From Squalus acanthias (taxonomy: Eukaryota): a DNA stretch of 64,000 nt. The notes below the pieces were generated by a model. It was not told where the DNA came from and searched no databases. It saw only the letters and a program-made list of their open reading frames with translations. Within the stretch, counting starts at the first letter, position 1. Every line of letters starts with the position of its first letter. This document shows, piece after piece, positions 1 to 10,386 of the stretch. The translations under genes and the position numbers were made by a program. The stretch covers positions 186,001-250,000 of the forward strand of contig JASTWF010000331.1 of the NCBI GenBank assembly GCA_030390025.1. The letters run 5' to 3'.

Positions 1-3000
1 AGGGGGAGGGTATCTGGGCCAGTGAGGTGGCGGGGGGCTGGGCCAGTGGAGGGGGAGGTTATCTGGTCCAGTGAGGTGGCGGGGGGCTGGGCCAGTGGAG
101 GGGGAGGGTATCTGGGCCAGTGAGGTGGCGGGGGGCTGGGCCAGTGGAGTGGGTGGGTATCTGGGCCAGTGAGGTGGTGGGGGCTGGGCCGGTGGAGGGG
201 GCGGGTATCTGGGCCAGTGAGGTGTCGGGCGGAAGGGGCGGGTATCTGGGCTAGTGAGGTGGCCATGGGCTGGGCCGGTGGAGGGGGCGGGTATCTGGGC
301 CAGTGAGGTGGCGGGGGGCTGGGCCAGTGGAGGGGGTGGGTATCTGGGACAGTGAGGTGGCCGGGGGCTGGGCCGGTGGAGTGGGCGGGTATCTGGGCCA
401 GTGAGGTGTCGGGGGGCTGGGCCAGTGGAGGGGGAGGGTATCTGGTCCAGTGAGGTGGCGGGGGCTGGGCCAGTGGAGGGGGAGGGTATCTGGGCCAGTG
501 AGGTGGCGGGGGGCTGGGCCAGTGGAGTGGGTGGGTATCTGGGCCAGTGAGGTGGCGGGGGGCTGGGCCGGTGGTGGGGGCGGGTATCTGGGCCAGTGAG
601 GTGTCGGGGGGCTGGGCCAGTGGAGGGGGCGGGTATCTGGGACAGTGAGGTGTCGGGGGGCTGGCCAGTGGAGGGGGCGGGTATCTGGGACAGTGAGGTG
701 TCGGGGGCTGGGCCAGTGGTGGGGGTGGGTATCTGGGCCAGTGAGGTGTCGGGGGCCTGGGCCAGTGGAGGGGTGGGTATCTGGGACAGTGAGGTGACGG
801 GGGCCTGGGCCAGTGGAGGGGGTGGGTATCTGGGAAAGTGAGGTGTCGGGGGCCTGGGCCAGTGGAGGGGGTGGGTATCTGGGACAGTGAGGTGGCGGGG
901 GGCTGGGCCAGTGGAGGGGGAGGGTATCTGGGCCAGTGAGGTGGCGGGGGGCTGGGCCAGTGGAGGGGGAGGGTATCTGGTCCAGTGAGGTGGCGGGGGG
1001 CTGGGCCAGTGGAGGGGGAGGGTATCTGGGCCAGTGAGGTGGCGGGGGGCTGGGCCAGTGGAGGGGGAGGGTATCTGGGCCAGTGAGGTGGTGGGGGCTG
1101 GGCCGGTGGAGGGGGCGGGTATCTGGGCCAGTGAGGTGTCGGGGGGCTGGGCCGGTGGAGGGGGCGGGTATCTGGGCCAGTGAGGTGTCGGGGGGCTGGG
1201 CCAGTGGAGGGGGCGGGTATCTGGGACAGTGAGGTGTCGGGGGGCTGGGCCAGTGGAGGGGGTGGGTATCTGGGCCAGTGAGGTGTCGGGGGCCTGGGCC
1301 AGTGGAGGGGGTGGGTATCTGGGACAGTGAGGTGTCGGGGGCCTGGGCCAGTGGAGGGGGTGGGTATCTGGAACAGTGAGGTGGCGGGGGGCTGGGCCAG
1401 TGGAGGGGGAGGGTATCTGGTCCAGTGAGGTGCGGGCGGCTGGGCCAGTGGAGGGGGAGGGTATCTGGGCCAGTGAGGTGGCGGGGGGCTGGGCCAGTGG
1501 AGGGGGAGGTTATCTGGTCCAGTGAGGTGGCGGGGGGCTGGGCCAGTGGAGGGGGAGGGTATCTGGGCCAGTGAGGTGGCGGGGGGCTGGGCCAGTGGAG
1601 TGGGTGGGTATCTGGGCCAGTGAGGTGGTGGGGGCTGGGCCGGTGGAGGGGGCGGGTATCTGGGCCAGTGAGGTGTCGGGCGGAAGGGGCGGGTATCTGG
1701 GCTAGTGAGGTGGCCATGGGCTGGGCCGGTGGAGGGGGCGGGTATCTGGGCCAGTGAGGTGGCGGGGGGCTGGGCCAGTGGAGGGGGTGGGTATCTGGGA
1801 CAGTGAGGTGGCCGGGGGCTGGGCCGGTGGAGGGGGCGGGTATCTGGGCCAGTGAGGTGTCGGGGGCTGGGCCAGTGGAGGGGGTGGGTATCTGGGCCAG
1901 TGAGGTGGCGGGGGGCTGGGCCAGTGGAGGGGGAGGGTATCTGGGCCAGTGAGGTGGCGGGGGGCTGGGCCAGTGGAGTGGGTGGGTATCTGGGCCAGTG
2001 AGGTGGCGGGGGGCTGGGCCGGTGGTGGGGGCGGGTATCTGGGCCAGTGAGGTGGCGGGGGGCTGGGCCGGTGGAGGGGGGCGGGTATCTGGGCCAGTGA
2101 GGTGAGGTGGCGGGGGCTGGGCCGGTGGAGGGGGCGGGTATCTGGGCCAGTGAGGTGTCGGGCGGCTGGGCCAGTGGAGGGGGCTGGTATCTGGGCCAAT
2201 GAGGTGGTGGGGGCTGGGCCGGTGGAGGGGGTGGCTATCTGGGCCATTGGAGGTGGTGGGTATCTGGGACAGTGAGGTGGCGGGTATCTGGGCCATTGGA
2301 GGTGGTGGGGGCTGGGCCAGTGGAGGGGGAGGGTATCTGGGACAGTGAGGTGGCGGGGGGCTGGACCAGTGAGGTGGCCGGGGGCTGGGCCGGTGGAGGT
2401 GGTGAGGGCTGGGCCAGTGGAGGGGGTGGGTATCTGGGCCAGTGAGGTGGTGGGGGCTGGGCCGGTGGAGGGGGTGGGTATATGGGACAGTGAGGTGGTG
2501 GGGGCTGGGCTGGTGGAGGGGGCGGGTATCTGGGCTAGTGAGGTGGTGGGGGGCTGGGCCGGTGGAGGGGGTGGGTATCTGGGCCAGTGAGCTGGCCGTG
2601 GGCTGGGCCGGTGGAGGGGGCAGGTATCTGGACCAGTGAGGTGGTGGGGGCTGGGCCAGTGGAGGGGGTGGGTATCTGGGCCAGTGGAGGGGATGGGTAT
2701 CTGGGCCAGTGGAGGGGGTGGGTATCTGGGACAGTGAGGTGGGCGTGGGCTGGGCCGGTGGAGGGGGCGGGTATCTGGGCTAGTGAGGTGGCGGGGGGCT
2801 GGGCCGGTGGAGGGGGTGGGTATCTGGTCCAGTGAGGTGGCGGGGGGCTGGGCCAGTGGAGGGGAGGGTATCTGGGCCATTGGAGGGGATGGGTATCTGG
2901 GCCATTGGAGGGGGTGGGGGGCCAGTGGAGGGGGTGGGTATCTGGGCCATTGGAGGGGGTGGTGGGGCCTGGGCCAGTGAGGTGGTGGGTAGCTGGGCCA

Positions 3001-3197
3001 TTGGAGGTGGTGGTGGGGGCTGGGCCAGTGGAGGGAGTGGGTATCTGGGCCATTGGAGGTGGTGGTGGGGGCTGGGCCAGTGGAGGTGGTGGTGGGGGCT
3101 GGGCCAGTGGAGGGGATGGGTATCTGGGCCATTGGAGGTGGTGGTGGGGGCTGGGCCAGTGGAGGTGGTGGTGGGGGCTGGGCCAGTGGAGGGGGCG
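1..3197. repeat. G-rich minisatellite, ~49-bp unit (GGTATCTGGGCCAGTGAGGTGGCGGGGGGCTGGGCCAGTGGAGGGGGAG), truncated by window start
   Basis: TATCTGG recurs at 11 and 60 (period 49). The unit contains CTGGGCCAGTG twice. It decays to shorter ~25-27-bp units after ~2200 and ends against a CR1 fragment. Confidence 0.97.
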
Positions 3198-3920
3198 GGA
3201 AAAACTGTTGCAGATAAAGTTCAATGTGGGAAAGTGTGAGGTCATTCAATGTTGAACTAAGAACGATAGATCAGTGTATTTTCTAAATGACGAGAAATTA
3301 GAAACTGTGGATGAGCAGAGAGATTCGGGATTCCAGATACAGAAATCAGGAAAAGCTAGTGGACACGTGCAAAATTTTATTTAAAATGCTACTAGAATGT
3401 TGGTCTTTATCGCAGGAAAGCTGGAATACAAAGGGGTGGAACTTGTGTTAAAACTGGACGCCGCTCTGGTTAGACTCCATTTAGAGCACTGTGTTCAGTT
3501 CTGGGCTCCACACATCAGGAAGTATACATTGACCTTGGAGTTGTCCACCACTGATTCGCCAGAATTATACCGAGGATAAAAGGATTACATTAGTGGAACA
3601 GAAACCTATTTCATCTGGAGGGTGAGTCCAGACTAAGGGGGCATAGACTTAAAAAGAGCTAGGCCATTCAGTACTTATGGCAGAAAGCATTCCTTCACAC
3701 AAAAGGTACTGAAAATCTGAACTCTTAAACCCAAAAATGCTATGGAGCCTGGGGGTCAATTGACAATTTCCAAACTGACATTGATATTGTTTTGTTAGGC
3801 AAGGGCATTAAGGGTTAGGGGACCATGGCGGGGAGATTGGTTTAAAATACAGATTGGCCACGATATCATTGAATGGTGGAACATTCTCGAGGGGCTGAAA
3901 ACTGTTCTTATGTTCCTATG
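3198..3920 (+). mobile_element. CR1-type LINE, 5'-truncated degenerate 3' fragment
   Basis: Translates to RT C-terminal CR1 motifs (LQIKFNVGKCEVI; LVRLHLEHCVQFWAPH) and ends in a TTCTTATGTTCCTATG tail. Confidence 0.9.
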
Positions 3921-4312
3921 CCTCTGTTTAAAATGCCAAGTATGCTTTTCTAACAGCCTTATCAACTTGTCCTAACAATTTATTTTTTATTGCCTCTCCT
4001 CATTTTTCTTTCCAAACTGCATCACTTCACACTTCTCTCTATTCAATTTCATCTGCCAAGGACCTGCCCATTTCACCAGTCTGCCTACGACCTCCTGAAG
4101 TCTGCTACTATCCTCATCACTGTTTGTTACCTTTCCGAGATTCGTATCAGCAGAAAGATTTGAAATTATGCCCCGTACACCCAAGTCACTTCATCAATAT
4201 AGATCAAAAACTGCAGTGGTCCTAATACCGACCTGGGGGACATCAGAGTATATTTCCATCCAGTCTGAAAAACTTCCCTTAACCAATACTCTGCTTTCTG
4301 CCCCTTAACCAG
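3921..4312 (-). mobile_element. CR1-type LINE RT fragment
   Basis: ORF 3987-4184: ISNLSADTNLG...RLQE...LVKWAGPWQMKLNREKCEVMQFGKKN (decayed FADD region plus thumb). Confidence 0.88.
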
Positions 4313-4349
4313 TGTTACTGCTAATCTTTTCTCAAGCAATTTCCTTGCA

Positions 4350-4650
4350 CGGTTATTTCAATTTTCAGTTCTCCTTTCAGTTGCATGCAGGGATCAATAC
4401 TCTGTATTCAGTTTGTTTCCCTACTGTACTGTTGCTGTTGTGAGTTTATTGTACCAGTGTTAGCGCGAGTGAAACAGCAGATACATGAATTTTACAAGGT
4501 CTCAAACTTGGTTATAAATTATTGCCAGAGAATAACGCTAACTAATGTTTGGAGAAATTACTGATCCGAGACTGAATCGCATTTACATTTCCACAGTAGG
4601 GAAAGGAAAGGTCACTGACTGAGAGTTTGATTGGACGCACGTGCGTGGAC
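4350..4650. promoter_or_regulatory. Candidate promoter/enhancer upstream of the NLR gene
   Basis: Non-TE island with an IRF-E-like GGGAAAGGAAAGG (~4599-4612), TTTC repeats at ~4355-4380, a reverse CCAAT (GATTGG ~4629-4634) and the palindrome ACGCACGTGCGT (4635-4646) containing a CACGTG E-box. Motif evidence only. Confidence 0.25.
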
Positions 4651-4701
4651 ACACACACAGCGAGACACAATTGGATAATTGTGATTGTAAAACAGCAGTC
4701 A

Positions 4702-5244
4702 AATCTACCGCTCTACTCCCACTCTGGCTTCTCTGCCCTCGGCCTCTTACACTGTTCCAAAAAGCTCAAGGTAAGCTCGAGGAACAGCACCTCATCTTTC
4801 TATTACGAACTTTACAGCCTTCCGGACTTAACATCGAGTTCAACAATTTCGGACCATAACCTCTGACCCTATTTTTCAGATGGCAGCTGTTGATTCTGCC
4901 CTAATATTTAAACCTCTTCCAGACCCGTTTTTTGTTTCTTTATTTGTCCATTACCAAGAGTCCTTGTGCTTTGTACAATCATCCCTTTTGTCATTTTATC
5001 TCCCCTGCCTTCCACCCTATCACAGACCTTCACTTTTGTACTTTCCTCCCCTCCCCCCTATCATTGCCCCCACACTTGCTTAATATCTGTCACATCTTTA
5101 ACTTTTTCCAGATCTGACGAAAGGTCATCGACCGGAAACGTTAACTCTGGTTCTCTCTCCACAGAGGCTGCCTGACCTGCTGAGTATTTCCAGCGTTTTC
5201 TGTTTTTATTTCAGATTTCCAGCCTCCACAGTACTTTGCTTTTG
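4702..5244 (+). mobile_element. Penelope-like element (PLE), 3' fragment with terminal repeat
   Basis: Endonuclease C-terminus KLEEQHLIFLLRTLQPSGLNIEFNNF, followed by a 3' region closely similar to 14500-14893 and 63020-63428. Confidence 0.9.
5110..5146 (+). ncRNA. Minimal type I hammerhead ribozyme motif (PLE-associated), copy 1
   Basis: AGAT-CTGACGA(5114-5120)-AAGGTC atc GACCG-GAAA(5135-5138)-CGTT-AACT. Core boxes intact, GGTC/GACC stem II, palindromic ACGT in place of stem III, one mismatch in stem I. Confidence 0.7.
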
Positions 5245-5715
5245 TATATATTTATGGTGTTTTCTAAGATTGTAAGAGTCGTAAAGATATTCCAAACATA
5301 AATGTTGTGCAAAAGCTCTGTGTTTAAAGTGACATGATTCAGTACATTCTACATTAGTGTTAATATTAGTGGAACAGCGAGAAATGTCCTCACCTCCTAC
5401 AGTGCTCATTAGTCAGGTGCTGACACCATGAGAAATATGGTCAATATATTCAAATAGAAACACCAGCTAGGTCACATCTCCATGAACACACGGACAATGT
5501 CACTGCCCATAGAGACCAGAGGAATCATACCCACATTGTGTATGTGGATTAATATTACAGTAATAAATTACCAGAATTAGACATTTAAACTTAACAGCTG
5601 AAAAGATATTCAGCAGAATTTGTGAATAACAATACAACAGCGTCAGACTGTGTAAAAAACTATTGAACGATCTTTTAATTCATCAGTGGTGACCCCGCTC
5701 CATATTTCCCTGCAG

Positions 5716-5760
5716 AATATTCTCTACTCCAGGAATAAGTCTGCTTTTGGCCTGCACTGT
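5716..5760 (+). other. Possible 5'-UTR exon of the NLR gene
   Basis: Preceded by TTTCCCTGCAG (acceptor-like, ends 5715) and followed by GTGAGT (5761). An upstream exon is expected because the ATG exon has its own acceptor at 6565. A longer form ending near 5987 is also possible. Confidence 0.3.
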
Positions 5761-6072
5761 GTGAGTAAATCCCACCAATAGACGCTCCCAGTGCAGAGTC
5801 TCAGCCGACGGGAGCCGGTCTGGAACTCGGTTGTGGAGATCAGCGGGAATCACTGGGTTTCACTGGGCAGCTGTCTGTGTCACACCTGATATGGAGAGTC
5901 GATCGTAACACTCGGGAAATGCTCGATCCCGGAGCTAACAGCTGTTGTACTGATGGGGAGGAGGGACTCGATGTCATGTTTAACAAGGCAACGTCCTCCT
6001 TCTCATTTTAATATTTTCCTCTCATCCTTCAATTACAGACCTTATGTACGGTTCCAATTATCATCTCCTGTC

Positions 6073-6555
6073 ACAGAGGATATTTGCGAAGATGTTGCCA
6101 GGACTGGGGATTTTAGCTATCAGGAAAGGTTGGCTAGTCTGTGGTTGTCTTCTTTGAAACAGAGGAGGCCGAGGGGAGATGTAATTGAGGAGTATAAATT
6201 ATGAGGGGTCTAGAAAGAGCGGATAGGAAGTACCTATTTCCTTAGCAGAGAGCTCAATAATCAAGGCACATATATTTAAAGTGATTGCTAGAAGGATTAT
6301 AGCGGATTTGAGGAACAATTTTTGCACCCATAGGGCGGTGGGGGTCTGGAACTCACTGCCTGACAGGGCGGTAGCGGCAGAAACCCTCATCGCATTTAAA
6401 AAGTATTTTTTTATGCCATGGAGGTGCAATAACCTACAAGGCTACAGACCATGAGCTGGAAAGTGGGATAGCTCTTTTTCGGCCGGCACAGACACAGTGG
6501 GCCGATTAAACTCGTTCTGTGCTGTAAATGTCTATGAATTTATGACTATTCTATA
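6073..6555 (+). mobile_element. CR1-type LINE 3' fragment
   Basis: FSYQERLASLWLSSLKQRRPRGDVIEEYK followed by the VGVWNSLP region; CTATGA-type tail. Confidence 0.9.
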
Positions 6556-6597
6556 ATTATTACAGAAAATCAGAATCTTGGAACGCCTATCACCGCC

Positions 6598-6661
6598 ATG
6601 GCTGAAGGTCCAAACAAGGGAGAAGATCCAACATCTTCAACAAGAATGAGAATGGACACAG
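6598..6661 (+). CDS. NLR gene coding exon 1 (MAEGPNKGEDPTSSTRMRMDT; ends phase 1)
   Basis: Acceptor TTACAG at 6565, strong Kozak ACCGCC-ATG-G at 6598, donor CAG|GTAGGT at 6662. Phase matches exon 2. Confidence 0.7.
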
Positions 6662-7149
6662 GTAGGTTCACAAAATTATTTGCAATATAATTTCTGTCCT
6701 GACAAAGGGTCCAGATCGCGCGCAAGAATTTGAAGCTCACACAGGAAGAGGGAACAGGACAGTGGCTGAGTAGAAAGAAGTAAATGACCATGTAGAGTGG
6801 CATCACAGTCACAGGTGGAGGGAGCCCCTGAGTACTGGAACTGTCCAATAGATACCTGGTATTGGGGACTGTAAGGTGGATAAAGACAGTGACTGAGAGG
6901 AGGGTCTTCCTGAGCAGCATTGTGACACCAGAGAGCAGGAGGCCACCCCGAGCGTTGGGTGCAGGAGGTTGAGAACAGTTTCCCACAGGAATAGGAAAAC
7001 GATTTGCTGTCTGATGCTATATATAGCGGAATAGGCTGCTTCTGGTGCCAGAGGGAAGAGCATATTGGACTGGATGAGACCACTTCTTGGAAGACAAGGA
7101 AAGCAGAAAATATTCGCGATCAAAACCAATAACAAATATCGGTTTACTA

Positions 7150-8118
7150 AATGATTTTCGGGACGCATGTGTCGCTGGCAAGGCCAGAATTTACTGGCAA
7201 TCCCTACTTGCCCTTGAATAGGTGCTGTTGGATCGCCTTCCTGAAGCACTGCAATCCACTTGGTGAAGGTGATCCCTCAGTGCTGTTAGGTAGGGAGTTC
7301 CAAGGTTTTGTCATAGTGACAATGAAGGAGTGGCGATGAATTTCAAAGTTAGGATGTTCTGTGGTTTGAAGGGGAAATTGCAGAGGTGGTGGTGCTCCCA
7401 TGCACCTGCTACCCGTGTCCTCCTAGATGGTGGCTATCGTGGGTTTGGGAGGCGCTTTCGAAGACATCTAGGCGAGTTGCTGCAGTGCATCCTGTAGACA
7501 ACACACTGTAGCCACGGTGAGTCAATGGTTGAGGGAGTGAATATTTAACCCAATAGATGCAGTGTCGATCAAGCAGACTGATTTGTCCTGGTTGATGTCG
7601 AGCTTCTTAAGTGTTGTTGCAACTGTACTAATCCAGACAGATAGAGAGCATTCCATCACACTCCTGAACGGTGCCTTATATTTGGTGGAGAGGCTTTGGG
7701 CAGTCAGGAGGTGAGCCACTTGCAGCAGATTAACCAGGCCCTAACAGTGGACAGCGCACTTATGTGGCTGGTTCCGGTTCTATTTCTGGCTAGCTGTAAA
7801 CCCCAGGATTTTGATGTGGTGGACTTGGCGATGGTAATGCCATTAGCTGTCAAGGAGAGGTCGTTATGCTGTCTTGTTGGAGATTGTCATTGCCTGACAC
7901 ATGTGTGGTGCAAATATTATTTGCCACATATCAGCCCAAATCCCAATGTTAACCACGTCTTGCTGCATGCGGTCATGGACTGGTTGATTATCTGAGGAAT
8001 TGCGAATGGAGCCGAAGACATCGTAATCATTATCGAGCAACGCCACTTCTGACCTTATGATGGAGTGAAGGTCATTGTTGAAGAAGCGGGAGATAGTTGG
8101 GTCTAGGATGCACCCCTG
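7150..8118 (-). mobile_element. CR1/L2-group LINE 3' fragment (different family from the other CR1s)
   Basis: Minus-strand peptides DRMQQDVVNIGIWADMWQIIFAPHMCQAMTISNK, YKAPFRSVMECS and RHSFIVTMTKPWNSLPNS. Its 3' tail matches the SINE at 9590-10029. Confidence 0.85.
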
Positions 8119-8129
8119 GTTTGAGGGCT

Positions 8130-9589
8130 ATATTCAGGGAATTTAAAGTCAGGCAATAGATTGAAAAACAAGGCCTCAAGCTCCCCGTATTGTTTTGCAC
8201 TGGAACGTTTAATGAGTGAAACATGAGGCTGGTCAATGTGCGGCTGCAGGGCTGCAGCAGGAGGGAGGGGTTCACGTTATTTGGGCATGAGGTTGAGTTC
8301 AGGGATAAGGGAAGGGACGGTCGCGATCTGAACTGACCAACAGCAATGATTTTACAGAAAAGGTGAATAGAGCAGTGGGATGCTAGCAATTAATATAAAT
8401 GAAGGGTGTGAACTATCCGGATCGGAGACGAGAAAGCGGAATTAATAATACTGTTGGAGCTGAAACAGAAGGCTTATAAAACAGTGAAAAGATTTTAGCA
8501 GGACAAAGTGGGAGATTTTGAAGCAGTGAGTTATAAAGTTACTTTATTTGCTTTAAAAGAAAGGAACAGAAAGTGCGCATTAAAAAAAACATCTCTTGAA
8601 TGTTTCTTTTGTGAATGCAAAAATCATTCGAAACAAACGTGAAAATTAAAAGCACCAGTGACCGGGCCTAGTAACCAGGTGACGTGACATTTGTGAAGGA
8701 CTCGGAGCGAAATGTTCCTTATTAGAACATTGTCACTGGAGAGAAAAAATGTTTGTGGGTGGCTGTATTAATAACGGGTTTGTATCTGTCCTAAAATCAG
8801 ACCAGAGCAATCAATATTCCATGAAATCATGAGGAATGTAAAACATGTAGTAGGAAGTTGAAAAGGGAGATAGGGCGGGGGTTAAAAGCGAATATGCAAC
8901 AAAGCCAGCGGATAAAAGAAAAAGTCAGTGTTTATAAAAAATAAATGTTTGACTTGGGATGAAGGGAGAGGATGAAGATTTGAGGAGATACAATATAGAT
9001 TCTTTAGTGTCAAAACGCTCATCCTGGTAGTGAGAATGCCGGTGTACTGGAGGAGGATGTGGGACCACAGTTGGAGTTAGCTGCACAGAATGATTTGGAT
9101 CTGAAAAAATAGCCATGGTGGATAAGTCACTCAACCCAGTTATGACGCACCCCGGGCTGTTAAAGGAAGTTACAGAGAAGATAGGAGAGACTCTGATCAC
9201 AATTATTCAATCTTCTTTAGATATAAACAATATACCTGAGCACTGAATCGGCCCAAGTAACATCTCTGTTGAAGAATGCAGGAGGGAGGATAAATCTGGT
9301 AACACCAATTAGTCTACGGCTGTTATGGGCAGACTCCTCGAATCGTAATTTCAGGTTGAAAGGTTAACGTTAAGGGGATGATGAGGAGAGGCTGGAACGG
9401 ATTAGCTGTAGACAAGTCTTGTTTGAGAAATTTACACAATGTTTTTAAGAAGTGACAATAAGAATTGATGGAATGTTGCACGTGCGGTATATATGGGTTT
9501 TCAGAAGCTGTTTGATAATGTGGCTCACAGGAGGTGTCAGCCGTTTGGTATAATAGAAAATTTAGCAGCCTAGCTAGAAAGTGGATATT
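8130..9589 (+). mobile_element. Old, heavily deleted CR1 LINE (ORF1 esterase, endonuclease start and RT N-terminal remnants)
   Basis: Remnants: GCSREGFTLFG (~8250-8285, ORF1-like), CFFCECKNHSKQ in one frame and VNAKIIRNK in another (~8600-8640, NARSIRNK-like), DKS...HPGLLKEVTEKIGETLITIIQSSLD (~9120-9225). Confidence 0.65.
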
Positions 9590-10029
9590 TTTGTTATTTA
9601 TTCGTACATGGGATGTGGACAAGGCTGGCAAAGCCAGCATTTATTGCTCATCCCTAATTGCCCTTGAAGAAGGTGATGGTGAGCCGCCTTGTTCAACTGA
9701 GTGACTTGCAAGGCGATTTCAGAGGGCATTTAAGGGTCAACCACATTGTTGTGGGTCTGGAGTCACAAAAAGGCCAGACCAGGTAAGGACGGCAAGTTTC
9801 CTTCCCTAAAGGACATTACTGAACCAGATGAGCTTTTACGACAATCAAGTAGATTCATGGTCACCATTACTGATACTAGCTTTCTATTCCAGATCTTTTT
9901 TTAATTTAATAACTGAATTTAAATTCCCCAGCTGCCATGATGGGATTTGAACTCATGTTCCATTCCAGATCATTAGTCCAGGCCTCTGATTTACTCGTCC
10001 AGTAGCATAAACACTATGCTACTCTACTC
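9590..10029 (-). mobile_element. tRNA-derived SINE, DeuSINE/SacSINE1-like
   Basis: Minus strand has an A-box-like TAGCATAGTG (~10012-10021) and a B box GAGTTCAAATCCC (9942-9954). The central GGTGACCATGAA...CTGGTTCAGTAATGTCCTTTAGGGAAGGAAAC core resembles the Deu domain (from recall). LINE-derived tail and A-rich end. Confidence 0.8.
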
Positions 10030-10386
10030 AGCATTTTCTGTTTTTATTTGAAGAAGTTCTGCTCTTCTATCCGATGGGCTTTCTTTTTCTCTCTTTTACC
10101 TTATTTATCTTCATTTATTTCTGTTTCCCTTCTCGTGTTTGATCAGGTATCTACCAAAACTCGCTTTCACAGCCACATATCTTTCTTCAGCAACTGTCCC
10201 CGACTCCCACTTATTCCACCTCGATTTCAATTGAAATTCCACCCTTCATCTTTTGGATTCACCCAGATATCTCCGAGACATTCAGCCGCCCCTCGAGCCA
10301 CTGCTGTCGCCGCATCCTGAGATCCACGCTCAACGCCATGCCCCGCCACAAGCACACTCTCCACCTCTCTCTGCTGAAGCACCGAC

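Noticed and set aside
251..3255. Long Pro-rich (681, 515, 236 aa) and Gly/Trp-rich ORFs
   Set aside because: By-products of a C-rich strand lacking stop codons. They are open in several frames and cycle through the same three peptides because 49 is not a multiple of 3.
9940..10029. tRNA gene
   Set aside because: A and B boxes belong to the SINE head, the spacing is too long and no cloverleaf is evident.
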